A DNA stretch of 64,000 nucleotides. Origin: Patellaria atrata CBS 101060. Taxonomy: Eukaryota. The notes beneath the pieces are model-generated. The model saw only the letters and a list, made by a program, of their open reading frames with translations. It did not search any database and was not told the origin of the DNA. Shown here one piece after another: positions 50,488 to 64,000 of this stretch (its first letter is position 1; each line of letters starts with the position of its first letter). The DNA lies in contig MU006091.1 of NCBI GenBank assembly GCA_010093705.1, positions 1,116,001-1,180,000 on the forward strand. Direction: 5' to 3'. Position numbers and translations under genes: made by a program.

Positions 50488-50858
50488 CTATTCTCCCTAT
50501 TTTCGGTAGGTACATTAATTCCAGCGGATTCTCCAAGCTCTTAGGAATATCAATAGCGATGTACATAGGAAGGATGTTGGAAGTATGTCAATGTAATAAG
50601 TAACAATACCGATTCTACCAACATAACCCTCTATCAAACCCACGCATCCAACTCCACGGAAAAGAAGACAAATGTAATCTGAAAGCAAACCGAGCCTCCC
50701 AGTTTCTAAAGTGATATTTTCCCCCAAAGAAGAGACGCTTGAGACCGCGCAGCAGCCTCGGTCTTTAAGGATGAGCATCCAGTCATTTTGCGGAACCGGC
50801 AAAGTCAACATCCAAAGCGCCATTCCTTATGCCCAAAAACGGAAATACATTTGAACCC

Positions 50859-52332
50859 CTACCGATTGACCTCGCTCGAACTCAACGCGCTCCTCTTCAT
50901 CGGCGGGGGAGGGGGCGCCGGTTTCTTCCTCGCGGGAGGAGGTGGCGGCGGCATCTTCTTCGCCTGCGCGGCACCGACGTCCCAACTCGTCGCTCTACCT
51001 GCGCTGCTCGCGTAGCTCGTTGCGGGACTCACGCTCCTCTCTCGCCCATAGTATCCCCTATCGGGGCTACTGCTCTCGTTGATCCTGCTGGAGTCGTCGG
51101 ACGGGTCGTCGAACACGTCGTTTGTGGCTCGATTGACGGGTCTCAGGCCAGCGCGGCCGGCGAGGATGGACGTCGGCTCTGTCGGAACACGGGTGAGGCG
51201 AGGGAGAGGAGCTGGGGAGACATCGCGGTTGCGGGAGGAATCCATGGTCGAGGCGCGGGGGTTGGGGGGGCGGTCTATTCTTGGTGATGAGGTTCGAGAG
51301 GGGAGTTTGGGGATTTGCAGGCGCGGGTCGGGAAGGGGTTCTTCTTCGATTGGGGGGTTGAGGCGTTCGTTGAATGAGTGGGCTGTATTAGAGCGAGAAC
51401 GGTCGAGGCGCCTGCCTTCGGTTGGGCTGTTTCTTCTCTTGGTTAGCTGGGTTTGATAAGTGTGCTAAGGAGTGATGCTTACGATGTTACAGGCCATTCC
51501 CGCTTCACTTGCATCAGGATTTCCCGGCACCGGTCGTGATATGCAAGTTCTGCCTCTAGGAAGGCTGTTAAGTCTTGTACGCTCTCGACCTCAGCTTCCT
51601 TGATGTCCTGCATCCTCCTGTATACGTCTTCACTGGACTCCTCGTATTTAGCTTTTTGTGATCGCAACTCCTCTTCCACTCTAAAATCCTCCTTCTTCTG
51701 TTTTTGCATCTTTGACAGGGATGTATCATATGCTAGTCGTCGAGTTTCGAGTTTCTTACGGGCGTTCTAAAAAGTATTAGCATACCCAATCGTCCCTGGT
51801 GAATGATCTATTGCCATACCTGATACTCCTTCATCTGTGCTAGGGATCGCTCGGTCGACTCCAACCAGCTAGTTGTTGCATTTGCGGCGTATGTATCCTG
51901 AAATCTAGCAATTCTCTCATTCGCCCTTCCCAACGCTGGATAACATGTAAGTTGAAGCTCGGAGGTGACTCTGCTTAGTACCTACAGGAAAGACAAATGC
52001 CAAACTCTGAGTCTGGCTCAAAGTCTTCAGAGTGAGCAATCATGGTCGAGGCCAGATGGCCAATAGGGAGCATCTTTTCCTTATTGTCGACCTGATCACG
52101 CTTCGACATTGTCTTCACGTAAGCGTTCATGGAGTTGTGAAGTTTCTCCATCCCTTTTCGAAGTTAGATCTCACATATATCTCAACGATGCGATTTCCAT
52201 TTTACCTTCATGTCTAAGGTTCATTTCGAGTTCCAGAGCCTTGAAGTTATCCGATGTGTTGGTCTTCACCTCTCCTCCCATTCTTTCTCCTGCCCATTGC
52301 TTGAAGCGGTCGAGCTTCTTGTTGACGAGCAT
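50859..52332 (-). CDS. N-BAR domain protein with Pro-rich C-terminus
   Basis: MLVNKKLDRFKQWAGERMGGEVKT, RKKLETRRLAYD, EEELRSQKAKYEE, C-terminal PPPPPARKKPAPPPPPMKRS; multiple introns. Confidence 0.85.
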
Positions 52333-54639
52333 CGTAGCGAATGTAACTCTTTAAGTCGTTGTTTGTGAGGTGATGGTTATTTCAAAGGTGAGAGTAAGAT
52401 AGAGGTTAAGTGAGTCGATCGCGGATGTCTAAGGAAGAAGTGCTGTGGGATGTGTCGGATGACGTCGAATGCCTGATGGCACTACGGGGTATTGGGGCCC
52501 TTCCTATTGTCGACAGTTTCTGACGCAGGTGGGATGACTCTAGACGTATGATCAATGATCCAAGCGAATGACAAGTGATATGTGTTGTTCCTTTGCGGAG
52601 ATCAAGCGGAGAAGAAGCAGAGAGAGGTGGACAATGGCAATAATTAGGAGGCACAGCTTTTAGCTACAGTGTTAGAAAGGGAGAACGAAAATGGATATCA
52701 ATTGGCGCCCGGGATCCCAAGATCAAAGAAGAAGGACGTTAAGCCTTATGCCTAGCATTATGGTGTGATGTAAGTTAGAGTAGAGCTTAATGGTTATCAA
52801 TTTGATATTATTACCGGCGATTGGGGGCTATCACTGCCAAAAAGAAGGGTGAAGCCAGGAACGCCAGAAGAGCGTTCCGCGCGCATTCCCCTCACTGGTT
52901 CTGCAACCCGTTGAGAGGCCAACCCCATCCTTGCACCGAAAAGGTGCTCTCCTACAAGCGCTGCACAGTACGCAGTACGACCTTCTTTCGTCTCAATTAC
53001 TGGCTCAACCGCCATATGTTTCTCCATCACTGCGACCTGTTTCATCTCATCTTTGCCAAACCTGAAGTACTGGATGCTGCCAAGTCTAAATTTAGTGACT
53101 GGCCTTAATTCGGTATCGGCCTTTAACGCTCACCAAGTCAAGAAATGTACAACTTCACTCTAGTGCATCTCCCAAAAATATGGTCCGAAGCGAAGAGAAC
53201 TTCTAGACATCCTTCCTGCAGGAGTATATATGCACGGCACGGTCACTTATGTAAGATAGAGTGTGACAACCGCGGTTCAGAACTTCGTATATACAAAGTT
53301 GGCGCAGCTTGGCCCAATATCCCGTTCACTCTCCTGATTCGAATTATTCGGAATACTTTTATATGAGGCTAGAGACTACAGAAGTGAGAGCATGAAGCTT
53401 TGGCATTGACTAGGTCTATAAGAATCCCTGTGGACGGTGATCCAGTCTTTAGTAATGACAACGGCGTGATAACGATTAGCAATGATGAGAAGAAGATATA
53501 CGGTAGGTAGGTATACGGAGTAGTAGGACCAATGTAAACCGTATAAAAAGAAAGAATCTAGAACGAGAATTAAACATCGAGCATCTTCCAAATTCATCGA
53601 CAGTGGCCCTAGACTACGCAGAAGCGGGACGTCTTCTGGTCCTCTAAGGCGAGACTATCACCTGTACTTCATAGCTGGGGAGAACTTGGAACCAGGGAGA
53701 AAAAAAAAAAAAAGGCAATACTACCACAACTCTGAGGACCGAAGGTTATCAGAGACGAATCTACCTCATCTTCATATCTAACCTACTGTTACTGTTAAAC
53801 CAATAAAACATGTTGAAGCCCTGGAAACGCCATCTTCAGCATCCAAGGGCACTGGACTTCCAAAGCTGCTCTGATTCATCATGGTGGAGACGATAGCTTC
53901 TATCTAAATGAGCCTGAGTAAGAATCTGTGCTTTTGTTGGTGTAATGTATCATAGGTGAGGGTGGGATGCTTCCACCATCTGCAACTAATTTTGAATCAC
54001 ATCTTAACGATATGGGTAAAGACCATCTACGGAAGCGGATGTGGTAAGCAAGCCAGAGAATTGCTGTTTTTGATCGTTCTCTGTTGGGGAGATGTGAGCT
54101 GTGATATGACCGATTTGAGGAGGTACGATTTATCTTGGGAAGGAAGATCCACATTTTTAACTCCTATAATACCACCTCATGGGCATGACCTATGCTGGCG
54201 GTACAGCTTCATAGGTAGATCTTTTCCACGTTCTTCTGTATCTAGGATATGGAATATTAGGGAGCAGTTGGGGAACATTGATTGTCATTCATGAATTAAG
54301 ATACATACTTGCCATCATTAACGCTCTGTCCGGACTCTAAATCACGTTAAGCATATTTCGAAACTCAAGTCAGTGGAATTATCTTATATTGATATGGGAA
54401 GGGATTAAGCCCCGATTGAGCCATTTTCTAGCCTTTATTGCTATGCAATTACATCAAGGAAACCGTGAAATCCTTGATTGCATAGCTGTGTAATTGAGGA
54501 GACCGCTAATTCTTGGATCCGCCCGGAAGGAGAACAACCGAAATACCTGATAACGCCTTGTAAAGCCTTCATCAGCACACAGTTATGAGGCCAGTGCGTC
54601 ATGAAGAGATGCATTAGAATATTGGGGATCAGAACGCGA

Positions 54640-55249
54640 TTAGCGACTATTGAGCTATTAGCATTGGTACATAAGATAGGGGGATGAGTCAAGACTCACT
54701 CTTCCGCCCACTCGTTCTCGCGACGGATTTGATCCTCTTCCTCTGGTGTGAAGTCGTTCTGAATGTTAAAGGTCTTTCGGATCTCGTCGGGAGACTTGCC
54801 CTTGATCATGTTGGCAACAGTCTTGCAACCAACATCAAGGAGCGCCTTGATGTCGAGGTAGTTTGCAGCCAAGATTATCTCAAAGAGCATCTCTTGGTCA
54901 ACCTGCATGAACTTCTGGTCCCACTCATCGATGTCCGTAGACTTCTTCCTCGAATCGGAATCGTCGTCTTGAGTAGTGGGAGGATCCTTCTTGTGGTGCT
55001 CGCACCACTCGATAACCTTCTTCATGACGGGTTCTGCGACGTTAGGAACCGGGATGCTCTCGGTCTGTTCACCACCTAGATCTTCGAGTAAGTTCTTGAT
55101 GAGGATGGACCTCTCGGCCACAGCGCGCTCTAAAGAATCTGTTAGTTACATATATTCTACTCGAGGGGATAATGAAGGAGTAACATACCGACAGTCATTT
55201 CGACATTGTCGGAGGTCGTTAGGCGAATCGTTTGTGTGTCGGTTGCCAT
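54640..55249 (-). CDS. SKP1: SCF E3 ligase subunit Skp1 (SconC/SCON-3)
   Basis: [63 protein letters not shown]; two introns. Confidence 0.98.
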
Positions 55250-55616
55250 GTTTCGATGTGATGGGTTTTGATGGTGGGGATAAAGTGTGTTCCGATAGTT
55301 TGAATTCGGTATTTTGAAGGGCGTTCAAGTATGCTCAAGTCCAAGTTGTTGTTTTCTGCAGAAGAAACGTTTCTAGACAGAATGGAAGGGCTTTAAGTAG
55401 ATGGGGAAGGCGTCAGTGAGAAATACAATGAAGTTGTTCTGTGGTTGAGCATTGATGAGCACTGAGTTGATGAGGCAAGGCAGCCACGCTTTAGAACTAG
55501 CTTGGCGGGCCCGCCGCACAGAGCCTCTCTGCGTTGTGCAGCTTCCATTTGTACGCCGTACTCAATAACCAATCACCCTATTAAGGTAATCCGCATTCTC
55601 ATTTTTGACTACCCTA

Positions 55617-55655
55617 TTGTACTGATTATTGTTGTACTGATTATTATTGTACTGA
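55617..55655 (+). repeat. Short 15-bp tandem repeat TTGTACTGATTATTR, about 2.6 copies
   Basis: TTGTACTGATTATTG TTGTACTGATTATTA TTGTACTGA in the SKP1-SMP3 divergent intergenic region. Confidence 0.8.
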
Positions 55656-56532
55656 CTCCACAGTCATTGAGGTAAGAATCTATGCAAAGTTGTTGTGAAT
55701 AAACAGAGTAGCATAAGGAAATGCGTCATGGCAGTTCCACAACCTACCAGCGCATTTCAGTTCGCTGAAGTACAAGAACATCATGGAGCATTGTTAAATT
55801 CGTATGAATTCAGCCCAAACAGGGCTTCTCGCAAGCAAGGAGTTATAGAACTACACGTCTTGTCACACGAACAAAAACTGCACCGCCAGCATAAATATCG
55901 ATATGATCTCCAGGCGACTACGTGCTACAAAGAAAGAGAAAAGTATCGGAAACTATGTTGGATCAATCTACCGTTGTGTTTGCACATTTCCCCCAATGAA
56001 TCCCATGAGACTTGATGGATTAAGAATAATCAATTTGTCTGATCATACAGTTCATCTGTTGGTGTGAGGGCTCTCTGAGCACATGCACATATTGATATCC
56101 AGTTGATGGTGGTGAGTCTCACATGGGATTAGCCCTAAGGTAGTTCTATCCTGCACGTGATCGAGGTTTTGGTTTTACGGTATGCAAGGTGACGAGATGG
56201 GACAATTCTCTGTCGCTTGGTACACGTCTTCGGACGATTTTCAAGTCATCAATCAAACAGGATATTTCTTTCTTCACAGTTCACAGGCACATCGAACCGG
56301 GCGTTGCTTTTATCATAATAATCTTTATGCCATGTAGCCTGAATTCAAAGGCGTCAGGGAAGTCTTCGTAAATAATTTTAGTTCACCTCCCATTTAGGCC
56401 CCTATCTCACCCATTACAAACTCTCCATCAAGTGCAACGCCTTATCCTACAGATCAATCTCAACAACCAACATGCTATTTCCCAAATTCGTTTACTTTTT
56501 AATCTATCATCAATTCTTCTTGGCTCGGTAAG

Positions 56533-58257
56533 ATGTGGCGACGTACATATCTTTTCTTAATCCTAGTTCGTTTGTACTTTGCCCTTTCTCCGAGCTATTT
56601 GCATCCCGATGAAAATTTCCAAGGCCCTGAGGTGATCGCAGGTAAGTCACCAAACTGGAAGCTGGAGCAATAAGAGGTAAACTGATCATATCCGCTTTAC
56701 AGGTCGAGTCTACTCCTATCCCGTTCATCTCACCTGGGAATTCACGTCGGACAACCCATTGCGCAGTTCATTCCCGCTATGGCTGATTTACGGACTCCCA
56801 ATGTACATATTACGTTGGATCTGGGAAGGACTGGGAAAGGATGAAGCTCCACCATATGTTGTTTTCTGGACACTAAGGGTATTGATGTTCGTATTGAGCT
56901 TTGTGTTGGAAGACTGGGCCATACAGGAACTCATCCAGTCACCTCACCAAAGACGCGTTAGCATCTTACTTGTCGCGTCATCCTATGTTACATGGGTAAT
57001 GCAAACTCATACGTTCTCGAATTCCATTGAAACATTGGCCGTGCTGTGGTGTCTGGTCCTGGTTGGCCGTATACTAGACGATAAGGTACTTTTCCAATCA
57101 AGCATTCTACAATTCTTCGGGGAGCTAATGCGATGTATAGAAACACTCGGGCTCATTTGCTTCCGCCGTCCTTTCCTTTCTATTCGTCCTTGGCGTGTTC
57201 AATCGCATTACATTCCCAGCTTTCGTACTTATACCATGTCTAAAACTTCTCCCTCATTTCTGGCGCAAGTAAGGAATCCGCAGTTATCGCATGCTTATGA
57301 CTTGCTAACGCTATCACAAGGCCTCTTTCCCTTCTTGCCATGATACTTTTTGGCGCGTTTACCGCTTCTATCGCAATCACGCTTGACACCGCTTTCTATA
57401 CTTCTGAGCCCTTGACATGGACCACTCTACTACTCAACCCCGTAATAACACCAATCAACAACCTCAAATACAATCTATACACCGTTAATCTTTCCAACCA
57501 TGGCCTTCATCCATTCTACCAACACGTGGTAGCAAACCTTCCTCAGCTGCTTGGTCCGGCTTTTCCTCTCCTTTTATTCTCCTATCGCAAGACTCTACGT
57601 CTAGCTTCCGCCGCATCCGGAATTCTTATACTTTCCGCATTCCCTCACCAGGAAGCTAGATTTTTACTCCCGGCGGTACCTCTTATACTCTCCTCAATTC
57701 GCTGGCCCAAGCGTCCCATGCGCGTTTGGATCGCAGCGTGGATCATATTCAACTCTTTTTTCGGGATTTTGATGGGTATTTATCATCAGGGTGGCGTTGT
57801 ACCAGCGCAGATGTTTATTGCTCAAGAACAGAGAAATAAAGTGTCACATGTTTTTTGGTGGAAGACTTATAGCCCTCCGATATGGCTATTGAACGGGAAG
57901 AATTTAAATTGTAGAACAAAAGATCTTATGGGGATGTCCGGCGACAATATGGTTGAAGAACTATTACAAGTCGCGCGATGTGACCAACCGGGCTGGACTG
58001 ACATGCTGAAACAACCGGTTGGAGATGTGTATCTCGTTGCACCATGGTCAGCGACGTTCCTCGATCAGTTCCACGACCTTGGGAACCCTTCAACTATACG
58101 ATTAGAGAAAGTGTGGATGTCGAGAAATCATTTGAATCTAGATGATTTGGATTTCGCAGAAGATGGCGTGTGGGCCACTTTATCTCGAGTGATAGGACGG
58201 CGAGGACTCGTTATCTGGAAGGTAAAGAAGGAGTGTGGAGGAAAGACTAGTCAGTGA
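56533..58257 (+). CDS. SMP3: GPI mannosyltransferase 4 (Smp3/PIG-Z, GT22)
   Basis: [79 protein letters not shown]; three introns. Confidence 0.95.
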
Positions 58258-58671
58258 ATAGCTGTCCACAAGTCCCTCGTTTTGTTTCCTTGCAGTCAAC
58301 TTGTGCTTCGAATGATACCCAGTCTTACAGTCAAATATAGCTTTTTTCATTACAAGGGCACTAACTCAGCAGTGAACATATGAACATATAGTACGATAGT
58401 CTCAAAGTTCGCAACCAGACAGGACTCATCGTGTTTACTATGCCGATACATACAACATCAAGCCAACAACATGTATGTATGAAAGTACAATTTCGCCGTC
58501 ATCCATGTCCCCAGCATTTAAACCGCGTCAAACGTCAGAATCAATAGACTAATGAAACTCATGAATTCATAATCCACCCATCCATCCTCCGTAAACAGTA
58601 TCCCTCAAGCCTAACTCCCTTCCAACCTAATTCCCCAGACTCCCCTCTTTCCAGACCTTCTCGTTCTCTCA

Positions 58672-58878
58672 TCAACAACCACCACCCCCGCCTCCGCCAC
58701 CTCCGCACCCGCCTCCACCGCCTCCACCGCCTCCACAACCTCCGCCGCCTCCTGCCGTGCCGAATAATGCTCCACCCGCAGAGGCGCCATGGTGCCTACG
58801 TCCTCGTCGACGAGCGGGTTTGTTCCAGTCTGTGGAGTAATAGCGGGGATCTGATTGTTTGGAGGAGGTGCAGCCCAT
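58672..58878 (-). CDS. 68-aa Gly-rich microprotein with N-terminal MGC dual-acylation motif
   Basis: MGCTSSK start in a CAAC-ATG-G context; tail GGGGGCGGGGGGGGGCGGGGGGGGGC* uses mixed Gly codons. Confidence 0.6.
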   Translation of the reverse strand: MGCTSSKQSDPRYYSTDWNKPARRRGRRHHGASAGGALFGTAGGGGGCGGGGGGGGGCGGGGGGGGGC

Positions 58879-60196
58879 GTTGGAATTTTTATCTTCGAGT
58901 TGGTTTGGGAAGTCGTCGTAGTAGTGTTCAATTTGCTGTTGAGGATGATTTGCTCATGTTATGTTGTTTTCTATATTGAATGTATGTATGATCGTGGAGG
59001 TATTTGTATGTAACGGTGGATGCGTGAGGTGGGTATCCAAGTCGTCAGTTGGATATGTATAGCTTTAAGGAATCTATACAGCGCACAGGTGAGGTAGATG
59101 CATAGAGGTATCAATGTGAGGTAACCATGATGTAGGAAACTGTAAACAACAGTGCAAACCAACGCATACTTATACCCATTCATTCCTTGCCCGTACAACA
59201 GTCGATCTTGCCAACATACTACGTCAAACCCGCAGCGGTCTGCCTCATCGCGCATTGCACGGCTCCAAATGGAGACAAGGTACCTTAGGTTGCCTGAGCT
59301 CAGCCTTCTTAACAATCTACTGATTCCAGGTTGTTTCTGGAACTACTGGAGAAGGAAAACGGCGTGACCGTGCATAAGGCAGATTGGATCCTGAAAATGA
59401 GCCAAGCGCACAGCTGATGATTAGCGAGTAAGGTAGCTAAACGGCAGACTTAATCGGTTACTTCGGTAAGTAGCTGGGTATGTGTAAGGTTAGGGTTAGT
59501 TATGTGACAAGTACAGTGGAGTACAAAGTACAAACCCGACCCGACCGTGCCGACGTCACAGTGGCGGTGGAAATAAGCCTTGCGAGGCTGTGATGAGCTA
59601 ACTGTGTGGGGGCTGGAGGGAGATTGGCGACCAAGACGTCTTCGGAAATCCGACATGCCCACGATACCTTAGTGTTTCGTACAACGAGGAATGGTGTACT
59701 CTGTAATAGGGGAGATAGCACCTGAAAGTAATTGGTGAATGATCCAATATGTTGGAAGTGCTTCTTATACCTGGAATGCCATATTTTACCGTATCGTAGG
59801 AAATTCTCAGCCTTCCTACCACACGGCAGATGGATAGAAATAATTCTGATATGTCACGGTTCTCCCTGGAGTATCACAACCTTTCTTCCAAGTACACTCT
59901 ACCAGCATGCAGCCTTCCAGTTGTGAACCTCGATTCAGAACTTTCATCATGGAAGCGTTAGTTATATCTGAAACTCTCTTGCTGATGGACATGTCCAGGA
60001 GGACATCTTACTGGAGGCTTGTTCTCCTATCATCACAAGGCTAAATCATACTAATTACCCTTTCAAAACTTTTGGGCTTGTTCACCAGACGGATGTTGAC
60101 TTAGCGAGGCCGAAGAAGCTGAAGTAGAGAACTGGTGTATTTCACCATGTGGCAAAGAACTATTCTTCGTAACGCATCTCAAAACCGTCGGCCACA

Positions 60197-62387
60197 ATGA
60201 CTACTCTCGTCTTTCGTAGCGCCTTTGGACCACTCATAGAAACTCAAGTCAGCGCGGCCGATCCAGTCGCGACGTTCCATGCTGCACAGACTGCATATGG
60301 CTGGCTGGAAGGACTGGATTCCATTCGGTTTTTGATCAATGCAATAACGAACAAATTCACTCCCAAATTAACAAACTTTAGAATCCTCCATTCGATTCTC
60401 GGCTCAAGCTGCTCCCCACGAAGGCTCACGTTCTTACAAGCATCGGACCCCAAGAACTGACCCTCAATGATGCAGTGCAATGCTTTGGGAATGGTATAAG
60501 AAACCAACCCATGAACTTGAGCATCTGCGCTCTCGCTCATGACTACGTGGACAAGTTGCGGTGTACATGTTTCACGATTTCGAGCCTCGTATGTTCGATG
60601 CAGCACCTGAGCTTCTTTATTCGATGGATATTCAACTCTTGAAAAGCCAGACTCTACAAAAGATTCTTAACGAGGGAGCGTTCCGTGGTCTTACTAAATT
60701 TTCTCTGATGCAACCTCGTCTTCTGGTATCACTATTGGCGAACGGCGGGATTACGCTCGGCATCGAATTGAATTACGTTCGAGGGCTGATGAAATGGACT
60801 GGCGAAGAGACTTCTGCCCCATAATTTACTCGGAGCGGCCTCGTTATACGAGTTGCCATATGTTTACAAACAGTGGAATACATGATAGGAAGGATCGCGT
60901 CCTGGGAAGGTAGTGGAAACCCGCCTTCTCATCTTGGTCCGAATGCAGTTATATTAGTCCGCGGCGACTCGTATCCTACCGACAATCTCCGCGTAGATCC
61001 TGAGCTGTCGGACAAGTTCATACTCTAGTTCTTGAGCCTATTTCTTACTATACGCATAGGACAGTTGGGAGCTTGGTGTATAATTCTTTCGGTAGGAACG
61101 TGGAGGTTCAAGACGACTTTGAACATATACGCTACTATATCATATCAAACATGAAAGTCAAATGGCTTCATGGGTATATGCGCCATGCTTCCAACTACTG
61201 ACCTCCATATCCTTGCGTGAGTTGTGAATGGGATGGTACTCCGGAGAGTTCATCCATTGAGCGAAACGCTTGCTGGACTTCACTTTCCAAATTCCGCTGA
61301 TTTTATAGTACCGTGTTACCGCCGAATCGCATGCGAGGATTTACTACACATGGTTCGAGATCCATCAGCCAGGGAGCAAGATTTCATTTTCGATTCCGAG
61401 GAGTTACCAATGGTAACAGAGATTGTAAAGTTCAGAGCCACAACTGCATGTGTTATAATTGCACTCATCAGTTATTTAGCTCCCGATACGTTCACAACCG
61501 TTCTCCATCATATCTCTCTACAACTGTTCGACGAAAGATGGATCGATTCGCTTTGCACAGAAGTAGATCGATCCGCAAGTAGCCGCGTATCCATCGATTC
61601 AGCCGTGTTGCAACTAGCAGCGATTCGCGAGGGATATGATTTCAATGATACTAAGATTACTGACAACTCCGTCCCAACGATCGGCTACCGTAACGGTGCA
61701 TTCTCTATTTTACCGACACTGTTGCTGAAAATGGAGCCGACGGCTGAGTCCCTTGGTCTCTCTTGTACTGGCCGTTTCTTAGCCAACTTAATTCTCTCAC
61801 TAAACGGGAAGATTCAGGCCAATAGCCCCCCTATTTCGGTTAGTGAAGATTTCGGAGTGAAAGAGATGGATTCGCTGGTACACAATATCTCAGCTCTTGA
61901 GATGATAGACCAGTCTTAGATTGGCCCAAGTCGCCCAAGTCCGCCAGATCGTCCACTGTATCTCGGTCTCGAATGAGGACCTTCGAGCAAGTTGGTTGCC
62001 GATGGCGTCTGTCTCGTAGGGCGCATCGATGGATCTGTCGTCGGTGCAGTTTCGATCACAGATGTCATATGGACTCTCGTAAGAAGCTCCCACGAGGCCT
62101 CCGCTTGCGATCATTCCAATTCAATCAACACCCGCAACATCAAGGCCTCGCATTTGGCGCGGAAAAGGATGCATAAACTCACCTCGTCCCTGGGGACTCC
62201 ATCCTACATCTATGTCAGAGGGGATAATTGTTGGGCACTCCTCCTAGCCGGTGAGTCCACACGTATGAACAGTGTGGTGGTGAAACGCTGCATAAACTGC
62301 GCTTAGGAGCTGTGTGTATCGATGCCTCTGGAACTAACTCATACGTACAAATCGCCCCATGCGATACTCATCGGATTTGGAGGGTAG
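60197..62387 (+). pseudogene. Multiply disrupted gene of an unnamed fungal protein family
   Basis: Consecutive protein-like segments (60197-, about 60391-, 60561-60824, FTRSGLVIRVA.. after TAA 60822-60824, 61224-61919, 61992-62306, ..ILIGFGG* ending 62387) are joined only by frameshifts or stops, without clear introns. Confidence 0.65.
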
Positions 62388-63221
62388 TGAAGTCGAAGTA
62401 GACTACGTGCGGAATATAGTTCACCTTATGAAGTTAGGCAAAGGCAGATCGAGTCTCAAGGCCTTTACTTGGAAAAATGGGAATCTCGTTGTACTACCTG
62501 GTTCCAGTGGCTGATCGTAAGGTGCGATACGATGTCATCGTATGCTGACTACCATTGCTCAACACGCTCCGTACAGCCTTGCGGGTCCTACACTCCGAGT
62601 AGGTACGCCGTTTCCGCTATAAATGACCCAAAAGCTGCCTTGACAACCTGCGTGGCTTCTACAAATTATCTATCACCGAAACGCCGGCTCGATGATTGAC
62701 GACTCTTTCCGTATGTTTCTCCATTCATGTTTACCCATATCATACAGGCACAAGGACAACCCGAGTCGGCCCCTTCCCCAACTTCTCGCTCTGCCCGTAC
62801 GAAATTTTGTTCAATTTCTCCTTCAGTCTTTCGTTTGTTTTGTACAGTAAAGCTAGTCAATGTTATAGATTGGATACTTTTTCCAGTTTTCCACAACATG
62901 CATACAAGTACGACGAGAGGAGTTCTGGGCAAGGGGATGTCTGATAGTTGAACTTACTATAGAGAGTGCCTTCGTATCTCACTCAAGTCATACAACATAG
63001 TTGGCTCATCTGCATATGTCTGCACCGGTCACGATTAGGCTGACTTGGGCTGTATGTGTTTACAGAATATACTTATTTAATTTTTATCTTCGTTTTCCTA
63101 CCCAGTTAATTGCACCCTGCAACTGACAAGCCCTCCTTGAGTACGCACTTGTCCTATACTGTACCAGTAAGAGTAGACGATCCATCCCCTTGGAGGTAGG
63201 CTATGCGACGGATGATTGCTC

Positions 63222-64000
63222 TCACCTGAACTCGTTCATATAGGCCAGAGGTGCATCTTTGCGAAGAATCTCCAACGTCTCCTGCCAAAGCCTTCGCCCG
63301 GTTAATTCACCTTCACTAGAGAGAACAAAATCGGAAGCGCTGTAAAACGTGTTATTCCAACGTAGGAGCGTTTCTCGAGGATACTTACGGTGTTTCTCTC
63401 TGCTCACTGAGGTACTTTCCATGCGCTTCCACATCTCCCGCGACAGCGTGAGAGAGGACATGTCCACCCTGAGTCTCGGTCCAGGCGAACACTTTGAGGA
63501 AAACCTTCAAGGCGGCCGAACTATCATCGCGGTGGAGCTGGCTGGTGCAGAAACCCGGGTTGACGGTGTTAATGACGACCTCATTCTCATTTACACTTTT
63601 CGCCAACTCCCTCGTGAACAGTACGTTCAAAAGCTTTGAGGTGTAATAGCGTTCCATACCAGGCTTGAACGAGTCGGGCTCATCCATACGTTTGAGGATG
63701 GATTGATACTTGCGCTCATTGAAAGGCGTCCAGAAGTGTACTTCGGAAGAGACAATAGTCAAACGACTCTTCTTACGGTACGTCCTGGCCGTATTTTCCA
63801 AAGGTTTGATCAACAGAAAGGCCAAAAGAGCTGTGCCGAGATGGTTGACTTGCACTTGTTGCTCATGACCCGTGAGAGGAGATTTGACGAACTCCAGTTT
63901 CTTGACGCCGGCGTTCAGCAGAGCGATGTCGAGGCGCGGGAGCTTATCAGCTTTCTCGGCGAACGCGATGATGTTGAGGAAGTTCTCGAGATCGAGCTGC
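63222..64000 (-). CDS. Short-chain dehydrogenase/reductase (retinol-DH/WWOX-like), 5' end outside window
   Basis: QLDL, RLDIALLNAGV, QVNHLGTALL, IVSSEVH, YYTSKLLN (YxxxK), VNPGFC; one intron about 63388-63342; last exon ..LWQETLEIL..EFR*. Confidence 0.9.

Noticed and set aside
52821..53108. 95-aa Cys/His-containing ORF
   Set aside because: No ATG start, no recognisable motif and no splice support.
59484..59500. TTAGGG-like telomeric sequence
   Set aside because: Only one perfect unit, which is expected by chance.

Overview
Eukaryotic DNA from a filamentous ascomycete (Pezizomycotina-type short GT-AG introns with CTRAC branch points), with one assembly gap at 31409-31563. Most of the window is core genes: PET127 (3' end), a Fet3/Abr1-like multicopper oxidase, SHP1/UBX1, MIM1, OXA1, RTT109, MRPL15, a GH18 chitinase, glucosylceramide synthase, a pepsin-like membrane protein, an ELO elongase, a GGCT/AIG2-like protein, a PQ-loop protein, an M18 aminopeptidase, a secreted SGNH/GDSL hydrolase, a full-length PDR ABC transporter, two SDRs, MMM1, a BAR protein, SKP1 and SMP3. 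Five non-routine signals stand out. (1) A tRNA-derived Pol III-type unit or SINE candidate at about 3.0-3.65 kb, with A/B boxes, a cUACGg hairpin and oligo-T, next to a tRNA 3' fragment. (2) A 493-bp TA-flanked foldback/MITE-like element built from oppositely oriented repeat arrays (26657-27149). (3) A 68-aa Gly/Cys-rich microprotein starting MGC. (4) Enzymes with altered catalytic residues. (5) Several decaying pseudogenes. I found no convincing multi-gene novel system. All family calls come from motif recognition by eye; no database search was run.
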